Shown here: in pieces, positions 46,959-58,700 of the stretch | Layout of the letters: each line of letters starts with the position of its first letter | How positions within the stretch are numbered: position 1 is the stretch's first letter | IMG/VR virus record: IMGVR_UViG_3300049847_000416 | Span: 1 to 64,000 of that record | From: a virus | Length of the DNA: 64,000 nucleotides | Reading direction: 5' to 3' (one strand) | Position numbers and translations under genes: made by a program | Notes under the pieces: generated by a model | Seen by the model: the letters and a program-made list of their open reading frames with translations, nothing else | Databases searched by the model: none | Told to the model about the DNA's origin: nothing

Positions 46959-46966
46959 TAAGATCG
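46959..46966 (-). promoter_or_regulatory. putative late promoter CGATCTTA
   Basis: 9 nt upstream of ATG 46949. Confidence 0.6.
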
Positions 46967-46967
46967 C

Positions 46968-47357
46968 TCAAAACATGCTCAACGAAAAACTCTCGTACCA
47001 CTGAATCTCCAACACGAGAGATTCCATCGCCGACTCGAACACCTTATCGATACTCAAACTGGTTTCCATCACGTCTCCCAGGCTGTCCTTGAGGAGAAAT
47101 TTTCCGTTCTGATGCTGGATCTGCACACTCCAGAGCATTTCAGACAGCTTGCCAGCCGTCTCCTCCCAGAACGCCAGGTAACACTTTTCCTTGTGCATCA
47201 TCAATCCCACGACAAACTGAAACCCATTGAACCGGTATCGACAGGCGTACATGTTGGGTTGATCTGTGGCCGTGAACTGAATCTGAAACTTGACTTGCGC
47301 CCGTTGCGCAAACATCGGGAGACCTTCAGGGATCAAAAATCGCTGCCAAATCTTCAC
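46968..47357 (-). CDS. hypothetical protein
   Basis: GTGA-coupled ORF. Confidence 0.55.
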   Translation of the reverse strand: MKIWQRFLIPEGLPMFAQRAQVKFQIQFTATDQPNMYACRYRFNGFQFVVGLMMHKEKCYLAFWEETAGKLSEMLWSVQIQHQNGKFLLKDSLGDVMETSLSIDKVFESAMESLVLEIQWYESFSLSMF

Positions 47358-47563
47358 GCGCCGTACCCCACACGGACCGTCTGACCGGGGTACCAGCGTT
47401 GCACCATCGCGATCTTGCTGGCGATGTCTTGGTCCATCTCCCGGAGAGGTAGGACCCGGCGAGGAGGGCCGTCCCCATACACATACACGCCGTACTTGGT
47501 TGTGTGGCTGGAAAGTTGCTGTTTAGCGAGTTTGCGAAACTCGTCCGTGGTGATGACTGACAT
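47354..47563 (-). CDS. hypothetical protein
   Basis: TGCTATACT 8 nt upstream of ATG 47563. Confidence 0.55.
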   Translation of the reverse strand: MSVITTDEFRKLAKQQLSSHTTKYGVYVYGDGPPRRVLPLREMDQDIASKIAMVQRWYPGQTVRVGYGA

Positions 47564-47571
47564 GAACTTAT

Positions 47572-47615
47572 AGTATAGCAGAAAAAGCAAACGGACCCCG
47601 CTGCGGAGTCCGTTT
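47572..47615 (-). promoter_or_regulatory. terminator fused to extended -10 promoter (TGCTATACT)
   Basis: AAACGGACTCCG-loop-CGGGGTCCGTTT, GCTTTTTC, TGCTATACT. Confidence 0.7.
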
Positions 47616-47643
47616 CAAATTGCTGACGGGAAATGTACGGGAC

Positions 47644-47994
47644 CTACGAGGGGCGGATAGCCGCGCCCAATGCAGCGATCTTGTCAGCGATGCTGTCAAA
47701 ACGGGCTGCGACGGCATCTTCGGCTTCCGCCGAAATCCCACCAGCCGCCAGCGCCTTGACCAACTCTTCCTTCGTGCTGTTCAACTCTGCCAAAATGGCG
47801 TTGACGCCAGCTTCGACCTGTTGTTCGCCCTGTTCCAGCCTAGCTGCGATTTCATCGAACTTTGTTTTGGTTGCCATGTGTCCTTTCTGCACCTCGCGTT
47901 GGAGATGCTTAATTTCATTTAGAACCACGTCCAATGTGTTCCGAACACCTTCGACATCTTTGGACGCCACAATCTTCCACATACCTGAGTTCAT
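47644..47994 (-). CDS. coiled-coil hypothetical protein
   Basis: ATGA-coupled start at 47994; heptad-rich. Confidence 0.55.
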   Translation of the reverse strand: MNSGMWKIVASKDVEGVRNTLDVVLNEIKHLQREVQKGHMATKTKFDEIAARLEQGEQQVEAGVNAILAELNSTKEELVKALAAGGISAEAEDAVAARFDSIADKIAALGAAIRPS

Positions 47995-48314
47995 GATACC
48001 ACAGGTTTGCGCCGACGCCGGGCCGGGTAGGCTCGTAGAAAGGCATTCGTCAAATGCTCGACGGTGGACTCCACCGCAGCTTTGGGTTTGTCCCAGCGAT
48101 GCATCAGGATATGACACAACTCATGGACAAGTACCCGCTCCATAATGCGGGGGTTGCCAGGCAGCAAACTGATCTTTGCAGAGTAGTTCGGATCCCACTC
48201 ACAATGGCCAGCGGTGGGCAAGGTCGCATCAACGACGACGGTGATGCTCCAGTCGTCGAGCAGCATTCGCTCTTGCCAGACTATCGCCAGTGCTCCGACC
48301 TGTTTCTTGGTCAT
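47991..48314 (-). CDS. small zincin-type (HExxH) metallopeptidase-like protein
   Basis: LVHELCH; ATGA-coupled start at 48314. Confidence 0.65.
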   Translation of the reverse strand: MTKKQVGALAIVWQERMLLDDWSITVVVDATLPTAGHCEWDPNYSAKISLLPGNPRIMERVLVHELCHILMHRWDKPKAAVESTVEHLTNAFLRAYPARRRRKPVVS

Positions 48315-48589
48315 TGCCCCAACCACCGTACTGACCCAAGAATCCCCACGACGGTGCCCAGCACACCGCCCGCCGCGTAGAAGAACCACAGGAGCAAAGA
48401 GTCTTCGTCCTTGTTTTTGATGAGTCGCCGAAACACGAAGAATTGAAGAGACGCGAGGGTGAAGTCTACGACGATGGAAGTGGGTATGTTGGCCTGACTC
48501 ACCGAGCGCCAAGATACTGTGCAGAGGCCCCAGCTTAGAAACTGGGACAGGCCCATGTAGCAGGCCTCTTTCCAGGGATAGTTTTTCAC
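48311..48589 (-). CDS. small multi-pass membrane protein
   Basis: Three hydrophobic segments; YAAGGVLGTVVG. Confidence 0.6.
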   Translation of the reverse strand: MKNYPWKEACYMGLSQFLSWGLCTVSWRSVSQANIPTSIVVDFTLASLQFFVFRRLIKNKDEDSLLLWFFYAAGGVLGTVVGILGSVRWLGQ

Positions 48590-49863
48590 ATCCCCTCCGA
48601 CACGTTGAAGATGGCAGTGGCGATCAACCCGTGTTCCGCATTGTAGACAAAGGCCTCAGCCCTACGCAGGTTGCCAATGTAGAACTTTGCCGCATGCCAG
48701 ATGTCTGACGGGGTTAAAGAACTGATGCGGCGAACAATGCAGCCGGGGAACTCGTCCACCTGGGTCTTGTGGAGATGTCCCAAAAACACCTCGTGGAATT
48801 TGGTAGCCCCCCAGATTTTTGGCTGGTCTGCCGCGAAGATCTGGGCATAGTTGGTAGAGCGTGGCGCATCGCCGTGGGTGAACATAAATGCACATTGTCC
48901 CCAGGTGAAGTACTTGCGGTTGACCGGGGCGTTCCACACTTCGACAGAGGGAGTCGCACGATAAGCCAGTTCCAGACTGTGGCCCAAGTGCCACACGGAA
49001 TTGGCATCATGATTGCCGGCTACCGGGATTACCACGACGCGGGGAGCATACTCCCGGCACCGGGCGATGGCCTGTTCGACCATGCGGAACCCTCGCAGGA
49101 AATTTTCGTGGTATGTGGAGCTATAATCAATGCGGGTGCCACCCGTGGTCATGCCTTGCGGATTGTCAATGTGGAGGAAGTCGTTTCCCACGACCAGGAC
49201 AATCGTCTGCGGGTTGTAGTCTTTCGTACGTTCCAGAAGAGAGTGCGCCGACGTGTGAAACAGGGTCTCGGCAATCTCGGGCGTGTAGGCCGCGCAACCT
49301 GTTTCAGCGGATACGCCGGGTTTCCCAATGTGCAGATCTGAGATGCTGAGAACTACGCAGTTCTGCTTGACATTCTTGGCGCAGAAATTTTCTGTGAACT
49401 TCCGGGGTCTGACAATCACTTCGGCGGAAAGCCGAGCGATCTCATCGAGCGCGATACTCGCTTCGACATTCAGGACAAACTTGGCTTGACAGCGGCGCAG
49501 CAAGGTCTTGACGAGTTTTTGCGACCGCTTGTCTTTGATGAAGCCTTCCCAATCGGTTCCGTTCCATTGCACGCACTTCCATCTACGCAGGTCAATCCCA
49601 CGTTGAACCGCCATCTCTTCCGGCGTCAGGGCTGGCCCGACATAATGGACGGATACGGTGTCCGCTGTGCGCGTTTCAGTAACCTGCGTTTCTACAGCTA
49701 CACTGGGGGCAGAGTCCTGGGGTTCGTCCTTGGGGGTATGCGGCTTCTGCTTCGATAGCGCCAGCGCACAACGCCGGCTGCACACCTTTGTGCGGGAGTC
49801 TCCCGCAACAAAGTCACGGGAGCATACCTCGCAAGGCTTTAGTATATCTTTCTTTCTCGCCAA
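48586..49863 (-). CDS. calcineurin-like metallophosphoesterase with N-terminal zinc finger
   Basis: SDLHIG, GNDFLH, GNHD, THGD, GHLH; CEVC...CSRRC. Confidence 0.88.
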   Translation of the reverse strand: MARKKDILKPCEVCSRDFVAGDSRTKVCSRRCALALSKQKPHTPKDEPQDSAPSVAVETQVTETRTADTVSVHYVGPALTPEEMAVQRGIDLRRWKCVQWNGTDWEGFIKDKRSQKLVKTLLRRCQAKFVLNVEASIALDEIARLSAEVIVRPRKFTENFCAKNVKQNCVVLSISDLHIGKPGVSAETGCAAYTPEIAETLFHTSAHSLLERTKDYNPQTIVLVVGNDFLHIDNPQGMTTGGTRIDYSSTYHENFLRGFRMVEQAIARCREYAPRVVVIPVAGNHDANSVWHLGHSLELAYRATPSVEVWNAPVNRKYFTWGQCAFMFTHGDAPRSTNYAQIFAADQPKIWGATKFHEVFLGHLHKTQVDEFPGCIVRRISSLTPSDIWHAAKFYIGNLRRAEAFVYNAEHGLIATAIFNVSEGM

Positions 49864-49895
49864 TATAACCTCACAGATAAAGATCGTTAGGGGAT

Positions 49896-50429
49896 CTAGG
49901 GGATCAGTTTGGCGAACGGAGCCACCGTACCACGGTACTCACCAAAAAACAGGCGAGTGTCACAGCCCCCGACAGGGAGACTGATTGTGCGGTTTGGAAC
50001 CGCGAGAGCTTGCACAATAGACGCCGGCGTCTGCACCGGTCTGAATTCCTGGGCCAGGCGGCGGAACGTCGCGCCACCCAAAGCACTGAAGTACCGCATC
50101 TGCGGCCCCTTGGACGGACCCGGCAAGGTACTCAATGCATCAGACAGGAATCCAAGAGCCAGAAACAGCTTGTGCTTCTTGTTGGGCTTGTGGGCTGTCT
50201 CTAAAATCGTAAGATTCAGTGCTGGCGAAATCACGGAGATCTGATCCACCTGGATCAGCCGACCTTCATCTACCGCGAGGGCTGCCGTAGTTGGGTTGCA
50301 TACTGTGACCGAGTACAAACCAACACGGTGCTGCTTTTCTCCCACGGCTGACCGGAACGTGCTCAGCGGTACGTGAGAGTATTGGGCCACCGCCTGCGCC
50401 AGCGTAGCAACGACAAGGGGAAGGATCAT
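49896..50429 (-). CDS. putative exported protein
   Basis: MILPLVVATLAQAVA/Q; two Cys in the mature part. Confidence 0.55.
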   Translation of the reverse strand: MILPLVVATLAQAVAQYSHVPLSTFRSAVGEKQHRVGLYSVTVCNPTTAALAVDEGRLIQVDQISVISPALNLTILETAHKPNKKHKLFLALGFLSDALSTLPGPSKGPQMRYFSALGGATFRRLAQEFRPVQTPASIVQALAVPNRTISLPVGGCDTRLFFGEYRGTVAPFAKLIP

Positions 50430-50518
50430 CTACGCCTCTTGGCGGCTGCGTTCACGCAGAAGCAAAAGGCGGCAGCGACCGCCCAACCGAGACAGAACTG
50501 TAGTATGGTGATGATCAT
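50426..50518 (-). CDS. small hydrophobic peptide (30 aa), leaderless
   Basis: TGATACACT (50525-50533), 6 nt, then ATG; stop overlaps the next start (ATGA). Confidence 0.5.
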   Translation of the reverse strand: MIITILQFCLGWAVAAAFCFCVNAAAKRRR

Positions 50519-50540
50519 ACGCTTAGTGTATCACACTGTG

Positions 50541-50567
50541 GAAAAGGACGGGAGAAAGCTCCCGTCC
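50541..50567 (-). terminator. terminator closing the exported-protein operon
   Basis: GGACGGGAG-CTTT-CTCCCGTCC followed by TTTTC. Confidence 0.75.
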
Positions 50568-50591
50568 CAGCCCAGAACAAACCAAACAAAA

Positions 50592-50792
50592 TCAAGACAG
50601 CTTTTCCCACGCGGCTTGCACACGCTTCCACTGCTGGATGTCGCGGATCCCCGATTCCAGACGTGCAATATACCGGTTGAACTCGACCCCGAATGCGTTG
50701 AGACGCACGTCGTCCGTGGGAGCAGCCGCCGGCACTTCCTCTGCCTTCCGGCGAGCCCACTGGATCCATGCCCTACGCGTAATACTGATCAC
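50592..50792 (-). CDS. hypothetical protein
   Basis: GTGA-coupled last gene of the operon. Confidence 0.55.
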   Translation of the reverse strand: MISITRRAWIQWARRKAEEVPAAAPTDDVRLNAFGVEFNRYIARLESGIRDIQQWKRVQAAWEKLS

Positions 50793-51085
50793 GGAGCCAG
50801 GAGAGTGATCTCAGGCAGACTGTCCACAGTAGGACTGTCCATCACCCACCCCTGGTTTTGAAAGGCGTCCCGGAGGATGCTATACAAATCCCCTTGCTGG
50901 CTGGACGCCCACAGAGGAGCAGTCTCAACCAGAGTCGCGTAGGAGAAAGGCACAACAACCCCGGACGGAGCCCCGAGCGCTTGCATTGTCGCGAGCAGCT
51001 TGGCTGCTAGCACGTTCCCTTGCTTGACCAGAGCAGCCCCCTGGACATCGCTGGGTTTCGGAATCGTTAGTGTGATAGATGGCAT
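50789..51085 (-). CDS. hypothetical protein (possible fibre partner or chaperone)
   Basis: Starts 2 nt after the stop of the Gly-rich protein. Confidence 0.55.
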   Translation of the reverse strand: MPSITLTIPKPSDVQGAALVKQGNVLAAKLLATMQALGAPSGVVVPFSYATLVETAPLWASSQQGDLYSILRDAFQNQGWVMDSPTVDSLPEITLLAP

Positions 51086-51087
51086 GA

Positions 51088-52308
51088 TTACATTGACACC
51101 ACGAACACCCGACCTGCGCCACCTGCGCCACCTGCGCCAGAGGTAGTAGGAGGCCCTCCAATACCAGCGCTACCGCCGCCGCCGCCGCCACCAGGAACAC
51201 CACCGGCACCACCGGCACAACCAGAAGTAGTAGTGGTCGAACCTCCACCTCCGCCCCCTTCGCCTCCACGCAGATCTGTATAGCTAGTCCCGGCTGTTCC
51301 AGCCGTGCATGTGATACCGTTGTTGCCTGTAGCTGTTCCAATGATGACGGCTTCAATGGCTCTAGCAGACGCACGAGCGGAAGCCGAAGTGGTACCAGCC
51401 GCACTCGTCCCACCGCCGCCACCTCCTGCACCTGCTCCACGCAAACTAGATTGGGCGGTAACAACAGGTGCTGCTACAGCAGCAGCCCCATTACCCCCAT
51501 TCACTCCTGGGATCTGGTTAGGGGACACCCCAAGCACGGCACCGGCACCACCAGCAGCGGCAGCAGTGCCACCACTTCCACCACTAGGCGCATTAGCCGG
51601 AGCGAAAAGAGTACCAAAGCTGCTCAAGCCTCCTGTACCTCCTGAAGCCCCATTAGCTGGTGAAATGGCGGGTGCCCCCGCACCCCCACCGGCACCTACA
51701 GTAATGGTCACCTGTGAAGGGAGTGCCGAGCACGCGAAGTCCATGAAGAACATCGGAGAACTTGCGCCACCTCCCCCGCCACCATGAATCTGCACGGCCA
51801 CGTTGTCAACACGGCCTGATCCCCCGCCACCACCTCCATGCCAGAGGTACACAGACACCTTACCGCATTTATCCGGTTTCTTCCACGTGCCGTTTGCCGC
51901 GAACATCTGATAGTTAGCGCCGTTATCCGCTACAGATTGCTGAGTAATCAACTGCCACAAGTTCTGCTCCCCATTCCACTGACAAGTGAAACTTGGGTAA
52001 ACCGAGGTGGGTACCCCGTCGGGGGCGGCGGGGAGCGCCGTAGGGCAGTCCCAGTTGGAAGAGATTGTAATCGTCGAGATCGGGAAACCGCTAACGTTAG
52101 AAATCGTGATGCGCTGACCATCTACAATCCCAACGTCCACTACCACCGGAAGGGCGGCGGCAGACGGATTCAACCGAACGTTGATCTGCTTGTCACCAGT
52201 TATCGGGACCGTAAACCCGGCTGTGAGATTGGTGATGTTGTAGGTAACTGTGTCGGTCTGACCAACCAAAACTGATGAAGCCACACAGGCGAGGAAAAGT
52301 AGTCTCAT
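51088..52308 (-). CDS. glycine-rich fibre-like protein with Sec signal peptide
   Basis: MRLLFLACVASSVLVG/Q; F.ANGTWKKP...V.V...GGGGGGSG...ITVGAGG...SSFG...GGAGRVFVV, the Gly-rich domain typical of phage fibres. Confidence 0.75.
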   Translation of the reverse strand: MRLLFLACVASSVLVGQTDTVTYNITNLTAGFTVPITGDKQINVRLNPSAAALPVVVDVGIVDGQRITISNVSGFPISTITISSNWDCPTALPAAPDGVPTSVYPSFTCQWNGEQNLWQLITQQSVADNGANYQMFAANGTWKKPDKCGKVSVYLWHGGGGGGSGRVDNVAVQIHGGGGGGASSPMFFMDFACSALPSQVTITVGAGGGAGAPAISPANGASGGTGGLSSFGTLFAPANAPSGGSGGTAAAAGGAGAVLGVSPNQIPGVNGGNGAAAVAAPVVTAQSSLRGAGAGGGGGGTSAAGTTSASARASARAIEAVIIGTATGNNGITCTAGTAGTSYTDLRGGEGGGGGGSTTTTSGCAGGAGGVPGGGGGGGSAGIGGPPTTSGAGGAGGAGRVFVVSM

Positions 52309-52322
52309 AGTAATTTCCATAT

Positions 52323-52781
52323 CTAGAGCTTGTTCACAATGAAACGAATGTTGTAGCTTGCCGTGCCAGTGGTGCAAGTATTCCCAACCGTAGTTTCGTA
52401 GGAGATATCTTGGCCTGAGGCCAAATGAACGAGGATGCTACCAGACACATACCTCCGAGTAATACCAACTACTCCGCTACTCGCCTGCACAGAGGGACTA
52501 CTGAAGATTCTGGCACCACCATCATTCCAGCGCAAGCGAATAAAGTTGGTGGTGAATCCAGTTGTGCAAGCCGCATTCATCCACATGTGGTAGTCAATTC
52601 TACGCAAACCAACCGCGCCGCTCGTGACGAGATTGGTCTGTGCAACAGACGCTGAAGACGCACTAATTGTAATGTCTGCCTCAGGAGGAGCGGCTGCCCC
52701 ACCTCCACCGCCACCCGTGCTGCCCGTCGATTGTGCGAGGAGTGCTGTTGCCAGCACTCCAATCATGAAAAGGTATCGCAT
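52323..52781 (-). CDS. exported beta-sandwich protein with Sec signal peptide
   Basis: TAATG-coupled start at 52781; MRYLFMIGVLATALLA/Q; two Cys. Confidence 0.75.
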   Translation of the reverse strand: MRYLFMIGVLATALLAQSTGSTGGGGGGAAAPPEADITISASSASVAQTNLVTSGAVGLRRIDYHMWMNAACTTGFTTNFIRLRWNDGGARIFSSPSVQASSGVVGITRRYVSGSILVHLASGQDISYETTVGNTCTTGTASYNIRFIVNKL

Positions 52782-55700
52782 TACTTTACCTGACCTCCGA
52801 AGAACACGGACGCGGACGCTGTCTGAGTGAAACACCCGGTCGTCGAGAACACGGCCACAATTCCTGTGGAGAAGTGGGCTGGGTACGTTTGATGGCTGAG
52901 ACTCGTGGTCTGGTTGGCTGGAGCCACCACGCAGTGCACCGGAGTAACCGGCCCATCGGCGGGTGCTGTAGTTGAGTTGAACAGCATCAGATACCCGGCT
53001 GTGGCTCCCACCGTCACGTGCAGGCTGTACAGATTACCTGCACTCGTCTTCAGTGCGATGCTGGACGTAATCGCAGGCGAGGCCACCGGCAACAGAGCGT
53101 TTGCAGCCAACGAAGTTGGTGCGTTGATAATCTCCGTGCGTCCGCTGGCGTCACGAACTTCGGGGTTCGCCACTGCGATGGGGCCTTGCCCCTGGGAGGG
53201 ACTCGTGAACCATGACAAATTCACAGAACCCGACGTATAAGAAGTGGCTCTCAAACGCACGTCCACCAAACCCACGGTGTTGATCGTGCCAATAACCGGC
53301 CCAGTAAAAGGCCCGTATGTGAGAACTTCGCCACCCGTGGCCCCACTGACTTGCACCGGAATGCGAATCCATGCAGTGCCACCCTGTCTACCCTCAACTA
53401 CCAGCGAGGCCACAAATGGACCCGCGTTGGACAATCTAAAGGACATGCTGGGAGACCCTGGGGGCACAATCAAAGACGCTGACGAATTGGCTGTTGGTGT
53501 ACCTGTGATGAGCGTTTGACCAAACCCGGTTGACGTGGTCACTGACGCCACGTCAGCAGCAGATATCACGGCACCCGCCGATCCGTTGGCGTAGCTACCC
53601 TGCACTGCAAACAGCGGTTGACTAGCCGTACCACCCTGCCCATTCGGAGACAGGCTAACAGGTACTGAGGTTTCTGTGCCATCCGTGGAAGTGGATGGGG
53701 GCACAAGCGTCAGGCTATTGATCCCGTCTGACTGCTGCACAGTGAAAGGTGTTGCGGCATCGTTTTGATCGACCTTCAAACCATCCTGAACCTTTACAGC
53801 GTTCAAGACAGCTTTCAACACGCCATCGGGCATCGTTGCGAACTGAACATCCGCTTGACCAGTCATCGGTGCAATCGAACGAACGCGGATACGAATCATA
53901 CCCGAAGTGCTAACCAATCCAGAGAAAGGGCTTGTGAAAGTTGAAGCAGCAGTCGTTACTCCCATCTGGTGTAGAGGCAACCGGGTCCAGTAGGCATTGT
54001 CAAACGTACCTTCGACTGCTAGAGTGCCCGTGAACGTATTTGTCACCTGAATGTAAGCCGCGTTCACCTGAGACAGTCCGCCAAGATCATGGAAAGACAG
54101 GGCCGTCGGTGTTCCAGTGACGACGATCTGCCCATTTGCAACCGCCACAGCGGTTGACCCTGCGTCTTGAGTGGTGATGGCCGTGATGCTGGTAAGAGCC
54201 TGTCCACGGTTAGCGAGAACTGTACGCAGCGTACCGGCGTCAGAAACTCCGTAGTTGACGGAAGGCGCGATGTTGTTGATCCCCAGCAAATTCGTAGAAG
54301 ATACCAGAGCGTCAGGAATGTGGTCCCCGGAGTACAGCGTAGTAACCGTAAGCAGACCTCCGGTAATCGCACTGTTTACCCGCATTTTCACAAAGCGATA
54401 TGGCGTGTTAACAACGAAGAACTTAGCTGTGTTATTTGCCACAACCGGCTGGAGCGCGACAAAACCAAACTCCTCATCTCTCACAGAAAGAGTATAGTAG
54501 TCCGTCCCGTTGTTGGACCCTTGGAAGACGTAGGAGCCGCCAGTGACACCAGAGCCGGTAACGCCAATGCGCAAAGAGCGCACCGCATAACCCACGCCGG
54601 TCTGCTGAAGGTCCACAGCATCAGCCGATCCATCCTTAGCCAGGAGATTACCACCCACTACGGTTACGCCCGTGGTGGTCACGGTAATTTCCTTGGATGG
54701 CGGAACGTTGCGATACCCGCCGATTTCGATGTACCCGGTCCAGGTTGCCAAAGACGGATCCGCTGCTACGCTCGCACGCAAATAAGGTGCGTCGGTCACG
54801 AAGCTGAAAAATCGATTCCACGCATTAAACTTGTATGTGGTAGTTGGACGCCACGTAACTGCGTCGTTGCTTTCTTCCACTGTGATCGTCGATGTCAGCG
54901 CATCCGATGTTGCGGAAGCTTGAGCCGGAATAGACACCTGCCAATAACGGCAACCCCGCATTGAAGCAGGCTGCCCACTCGGGGTAGCAATACCCGTGTT
55001 CTTGTCAATCGTCTGATCGTAGCTCCACGGTGTACCTCCGCCCACGCCGGGATTCCAGGTATCCCGGCAAAGTGCTTCATTGGCGGTATACAGCGTGTTC
55101 TGCTGATTGCTAATCGGACGGGTGCCAGACCCATCTGCTTTGGAGCTTGCGTACTGATCATGGGCAGCATACTTGAACTGTCCGCTTGCTAGATTCCACT
55201 CAACAGGAACATGCGCCTGTCGCCAACCATCCAAACGGACGGTGTAAACCGCACCAATCGGACCAGTGCTGTTAACACGAAGTTGGTTTGCACCAAAGCC
55301 GAGGACAGACGGCTGAATAGCGAAGTCTCTGTAGCCCGGTGAAACGAGAGTTCCGCTCAGGTTGACTCCCCCAAATCCGGCGGCGGTGTGCAATTCGTAC
55401 ACCCCAGAGGAGCTAACCGTACCAGCCGCGTTCGCAGCTTCAATAAATGTGGCATGTGAACCCGCCGTGTTCACACCAGGTAGAATCATTCTCCAGAACA
55501 TGCACCCGCGAACATCGGAGACAGACTGGCTCTTGTTGTCGTAGAAGGCTGACGCAACCGGCGCGCCGGTACCTGTGAAGGTGTACGTGATGGAGCAATC
55601 TGGCACCGGCTGAGAAGAAGAGCTACTCACTTGAACCAGACCGCCCAGGATCGGCAGCTTTTCAGATACCGTAACGTAGGATTTCGTGATCACAACATTC

Positions 55701-58700
55701 GCAGTTCCAGTCATAACAGCGGTTGACCGAACGCGGACGTTCGTCATGCCCACCGTGCTCACGGTTCCTTGGAAATTCTGAGTGAACGACGTACCAGGGG
55801 CAACCATCTCCGTTTGAGAAACAACCGCAGGCGTCCAGGTAGTTCCATTGTCCGCTGAGACTTCCAGACGAACCGTACCCGTCCAGGTTCCTTTGACCAG
55901 GACATGCACGGATGGGACGCTCACGAGGCTGATTGCCGCAGCAGAGAGCGCTGTAGGCGCTCCCGTGATGAACAACTGACCGTTGGCACCAACAGACTGC
56001 ACAGAAACGATGTCCTGTGTGCTGATCGAGATGCTATTCACCTGATCCTGTGGGCCGACAGTGTCCACCAACAGGCGATTGGTGAGAGGGGACTTCGGGA
56101 GATTGTTCACCGACACATCATTGACGCCGACTGTCTTGATGATGGAAACGCCCACCGTACCTGAAGTCCAACTCAACAGGCGAATGCGGTAGTGGGTCGC
56201 ACCCAAGGTGGATACCACGCCCACGAACGAATTTTCGTTGGCAACAGGGGACACAAAAGACGTAGCATTGTAAGCCACTCCATTCTGCTGAACAGAGGCG
56301 GGTGTGTAGGTCAAGCCACCGTCGAAGCTGATCTCTGAACTGATAGCCGACACACCAACCTGAACCGCAGTCACCCGGATAGCGGAAACAGACGACAGAG
56401 GGAACACCGCTGCGGAACCGGCGTCAGGGACACCAGCAAACGTCTGTTGACCATTCGCCAGAGTGGTGGTAACCACTGTAGCGTCATTCACCGTCAAGGT
56501 GATCGGACCAGCCGTTGTGTCAGCAGCAGCCGCTGTATTGACCTGGAGCACACCTCCCGAAATGGGGAGCTTTTCCTGCAAAGGGCTGTAGGTCGCCAGG
56601 AGTACAACGTTAGCCGTACCAGTCATGACAGCGGTGGAGCGCACGCGAATGTGTGTAGCACCATTCACAGAGACAGCGCCCACGAAGTTGGCAATAAAGG
56701 AAGTCGCCGGAGCCGTAGTATTGGTTTGGGAAACGGCTGTAGGCACCCACGTGGTTCCACCATCAATGGAGGTTTCCACCTGCAAAGTACCGGTCCAGAT
56801 TCCGGTCACTTGGATACGCGCCGTCTGGTTGCTGGTAAGCGTGGCCTGCACGAAGGACGCAACGGTAGGAACACCCGTAATCAAAGACTGCCCGTTCGCT
56901 CCAGCAGTTGATACAGACACAATGTCCTGGGCTGTGATCGCCGCAGAAGTGGAGGTGTCGGGCGGGTTCTGAGCATCCACTTGAACGCGGCTGGTGACCG
57001 TGTTCTGGGGCAGATTCGAGATAGACACAGAGGACGGCCCTGCCGTCTTGACCACGGTAACACTGAGTGTACCAGAGGTGAACGTGGTGACACGAACTCG
57101 CAGATGAGTTGCACCCTGCGTGTTGACCGTACCCACCAAGTTCATCTGGGTGCCGACTGCACCGGTCCAGGCCGAGAAAGGCTTGACAACCTCAGGCTGC
57201 AATATGTCTGCCCGGTAGAATCTAACACCACCGTCGAAGCTGACTTCAGCCACCGCAGTACCGATCATGTTTCCAGTCGTTTGCAACTTCACAAGGGGAA
57301 CGGACGCCAGAGTGAACAAAGCTTCAGAGCCGGCAGTAGCCAAGCTTCCGTTGGTGAAAGTTTTTCCGTTGGCGAGAGTGCCTGAGGTGGTTCCGCTGTC
57401 ATCGACGGTAAGAACAACCGGACCTGCGGTGGTGTCCGCAGCCGATGCCGTGTTCACCTGAACCTTGCCGCCCACGATGGGCATTTTGTCTTTGGCTGTG
57501 GTATAGCGGGCGTACAGCGCAACCTGCGCAGTTCCGGTATGAACAGCCGTCTCGCGGATTCGGACGCCCACGGCACCCTGGGTGTCCACGGTTCCAGCAA
57601 AATTCTGCGTAAACAGTGTGGAAGGCGCAACGGTGTCAGTCTGAGACACGGCTACAGGGATCCAGATGGTTCCGTCATAGGTGATTTCCGCTTGCAGGCT
57701 GCCCGTCCAGGCGTTTGATGCCTGAACCACCACTGAAGGAATGTTGTTCAGTGTGGCGGTTGCGAAAGATGCAGCGGTAGGAACACCAGTCACAAAAGAC
57801 TGGCCGTTCGCCCCGGCTGCGGTAACCGAAACAACGTCCCGTGCGGTGATGTTGCTGGTGCTGAGCAGCGCATCGGGAACAGGAGCCGTCTCCACCTGAA
57901 CGCGGTTGAGAGCGCTCTTGGGTAAGTTGTTGATGGAAACGACGCCGGCAGTCGGGCTCTCCACAATGGAGACAGCCGCATTTGCGGCGGTGAACGAGGT
58001 GCAACGAATCCGGTAGTGAGTGGCTCCCGCCGTGTTCACCTTACCCGTGATCTGGTCTTCAGTACCTGTGGTGGTAAAAGCCGAGCTACCGATGGAGGTG
58101 CCTTCTTGGAGCACGGGGGCCGGGAACCAAGTCCCGCCTCCGTCAAAGCTGATTTCAGACAGCAACGTACCAGCGAAACCACCGGTGACCATGTTCACCT
58201 GTACAGAGGCGGCAGACGCCAGTACGAAGGCCGCAGCGGATCCCGCTGTGGGAACACCAATCGTGTAAGTCTGGCCATTCACGCCGGTGGTAGTAACCGC
58301 CACGGCGTCTTGCGCACTGATGTTGATCGTGGCAGACGGGATGTTTGCGGGAGCGCTGGCCCCGCTCACCTGGAGCTTGCCGCCCAAGATGGGCAACACC
58401 TGTGGTCCCGGCTGGTAAGACGGGACGAGGGACACAATCGCTGTGCCAGTCATAGCGGCGACCGCACGGATACGCAGGTTCGTCGCACCAACCGTATTCA
58501 CTTGGCCGATGAAGTTCTGGGTGAAGGAAGAGGACGTGGCCGTAGAATCGGCCTGCACAACGACTGCCCGCGTCCAGGTGACGCCGCTGTCAATCGAAGT
58601 TTCTACCTGGAGGGTACCGCTCCACGTACCCTTCGCCTGAACCATGGTCGTTTGGTTGCCGATCAAGGCAACCTGTGCAAAAGAGTTCACGGTCGGCGGT

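Noticed and set aside
50592-50792. Tat signal (TRRAWI)
   Set aside because: No hydrophobic h-region follows the twin arginines.
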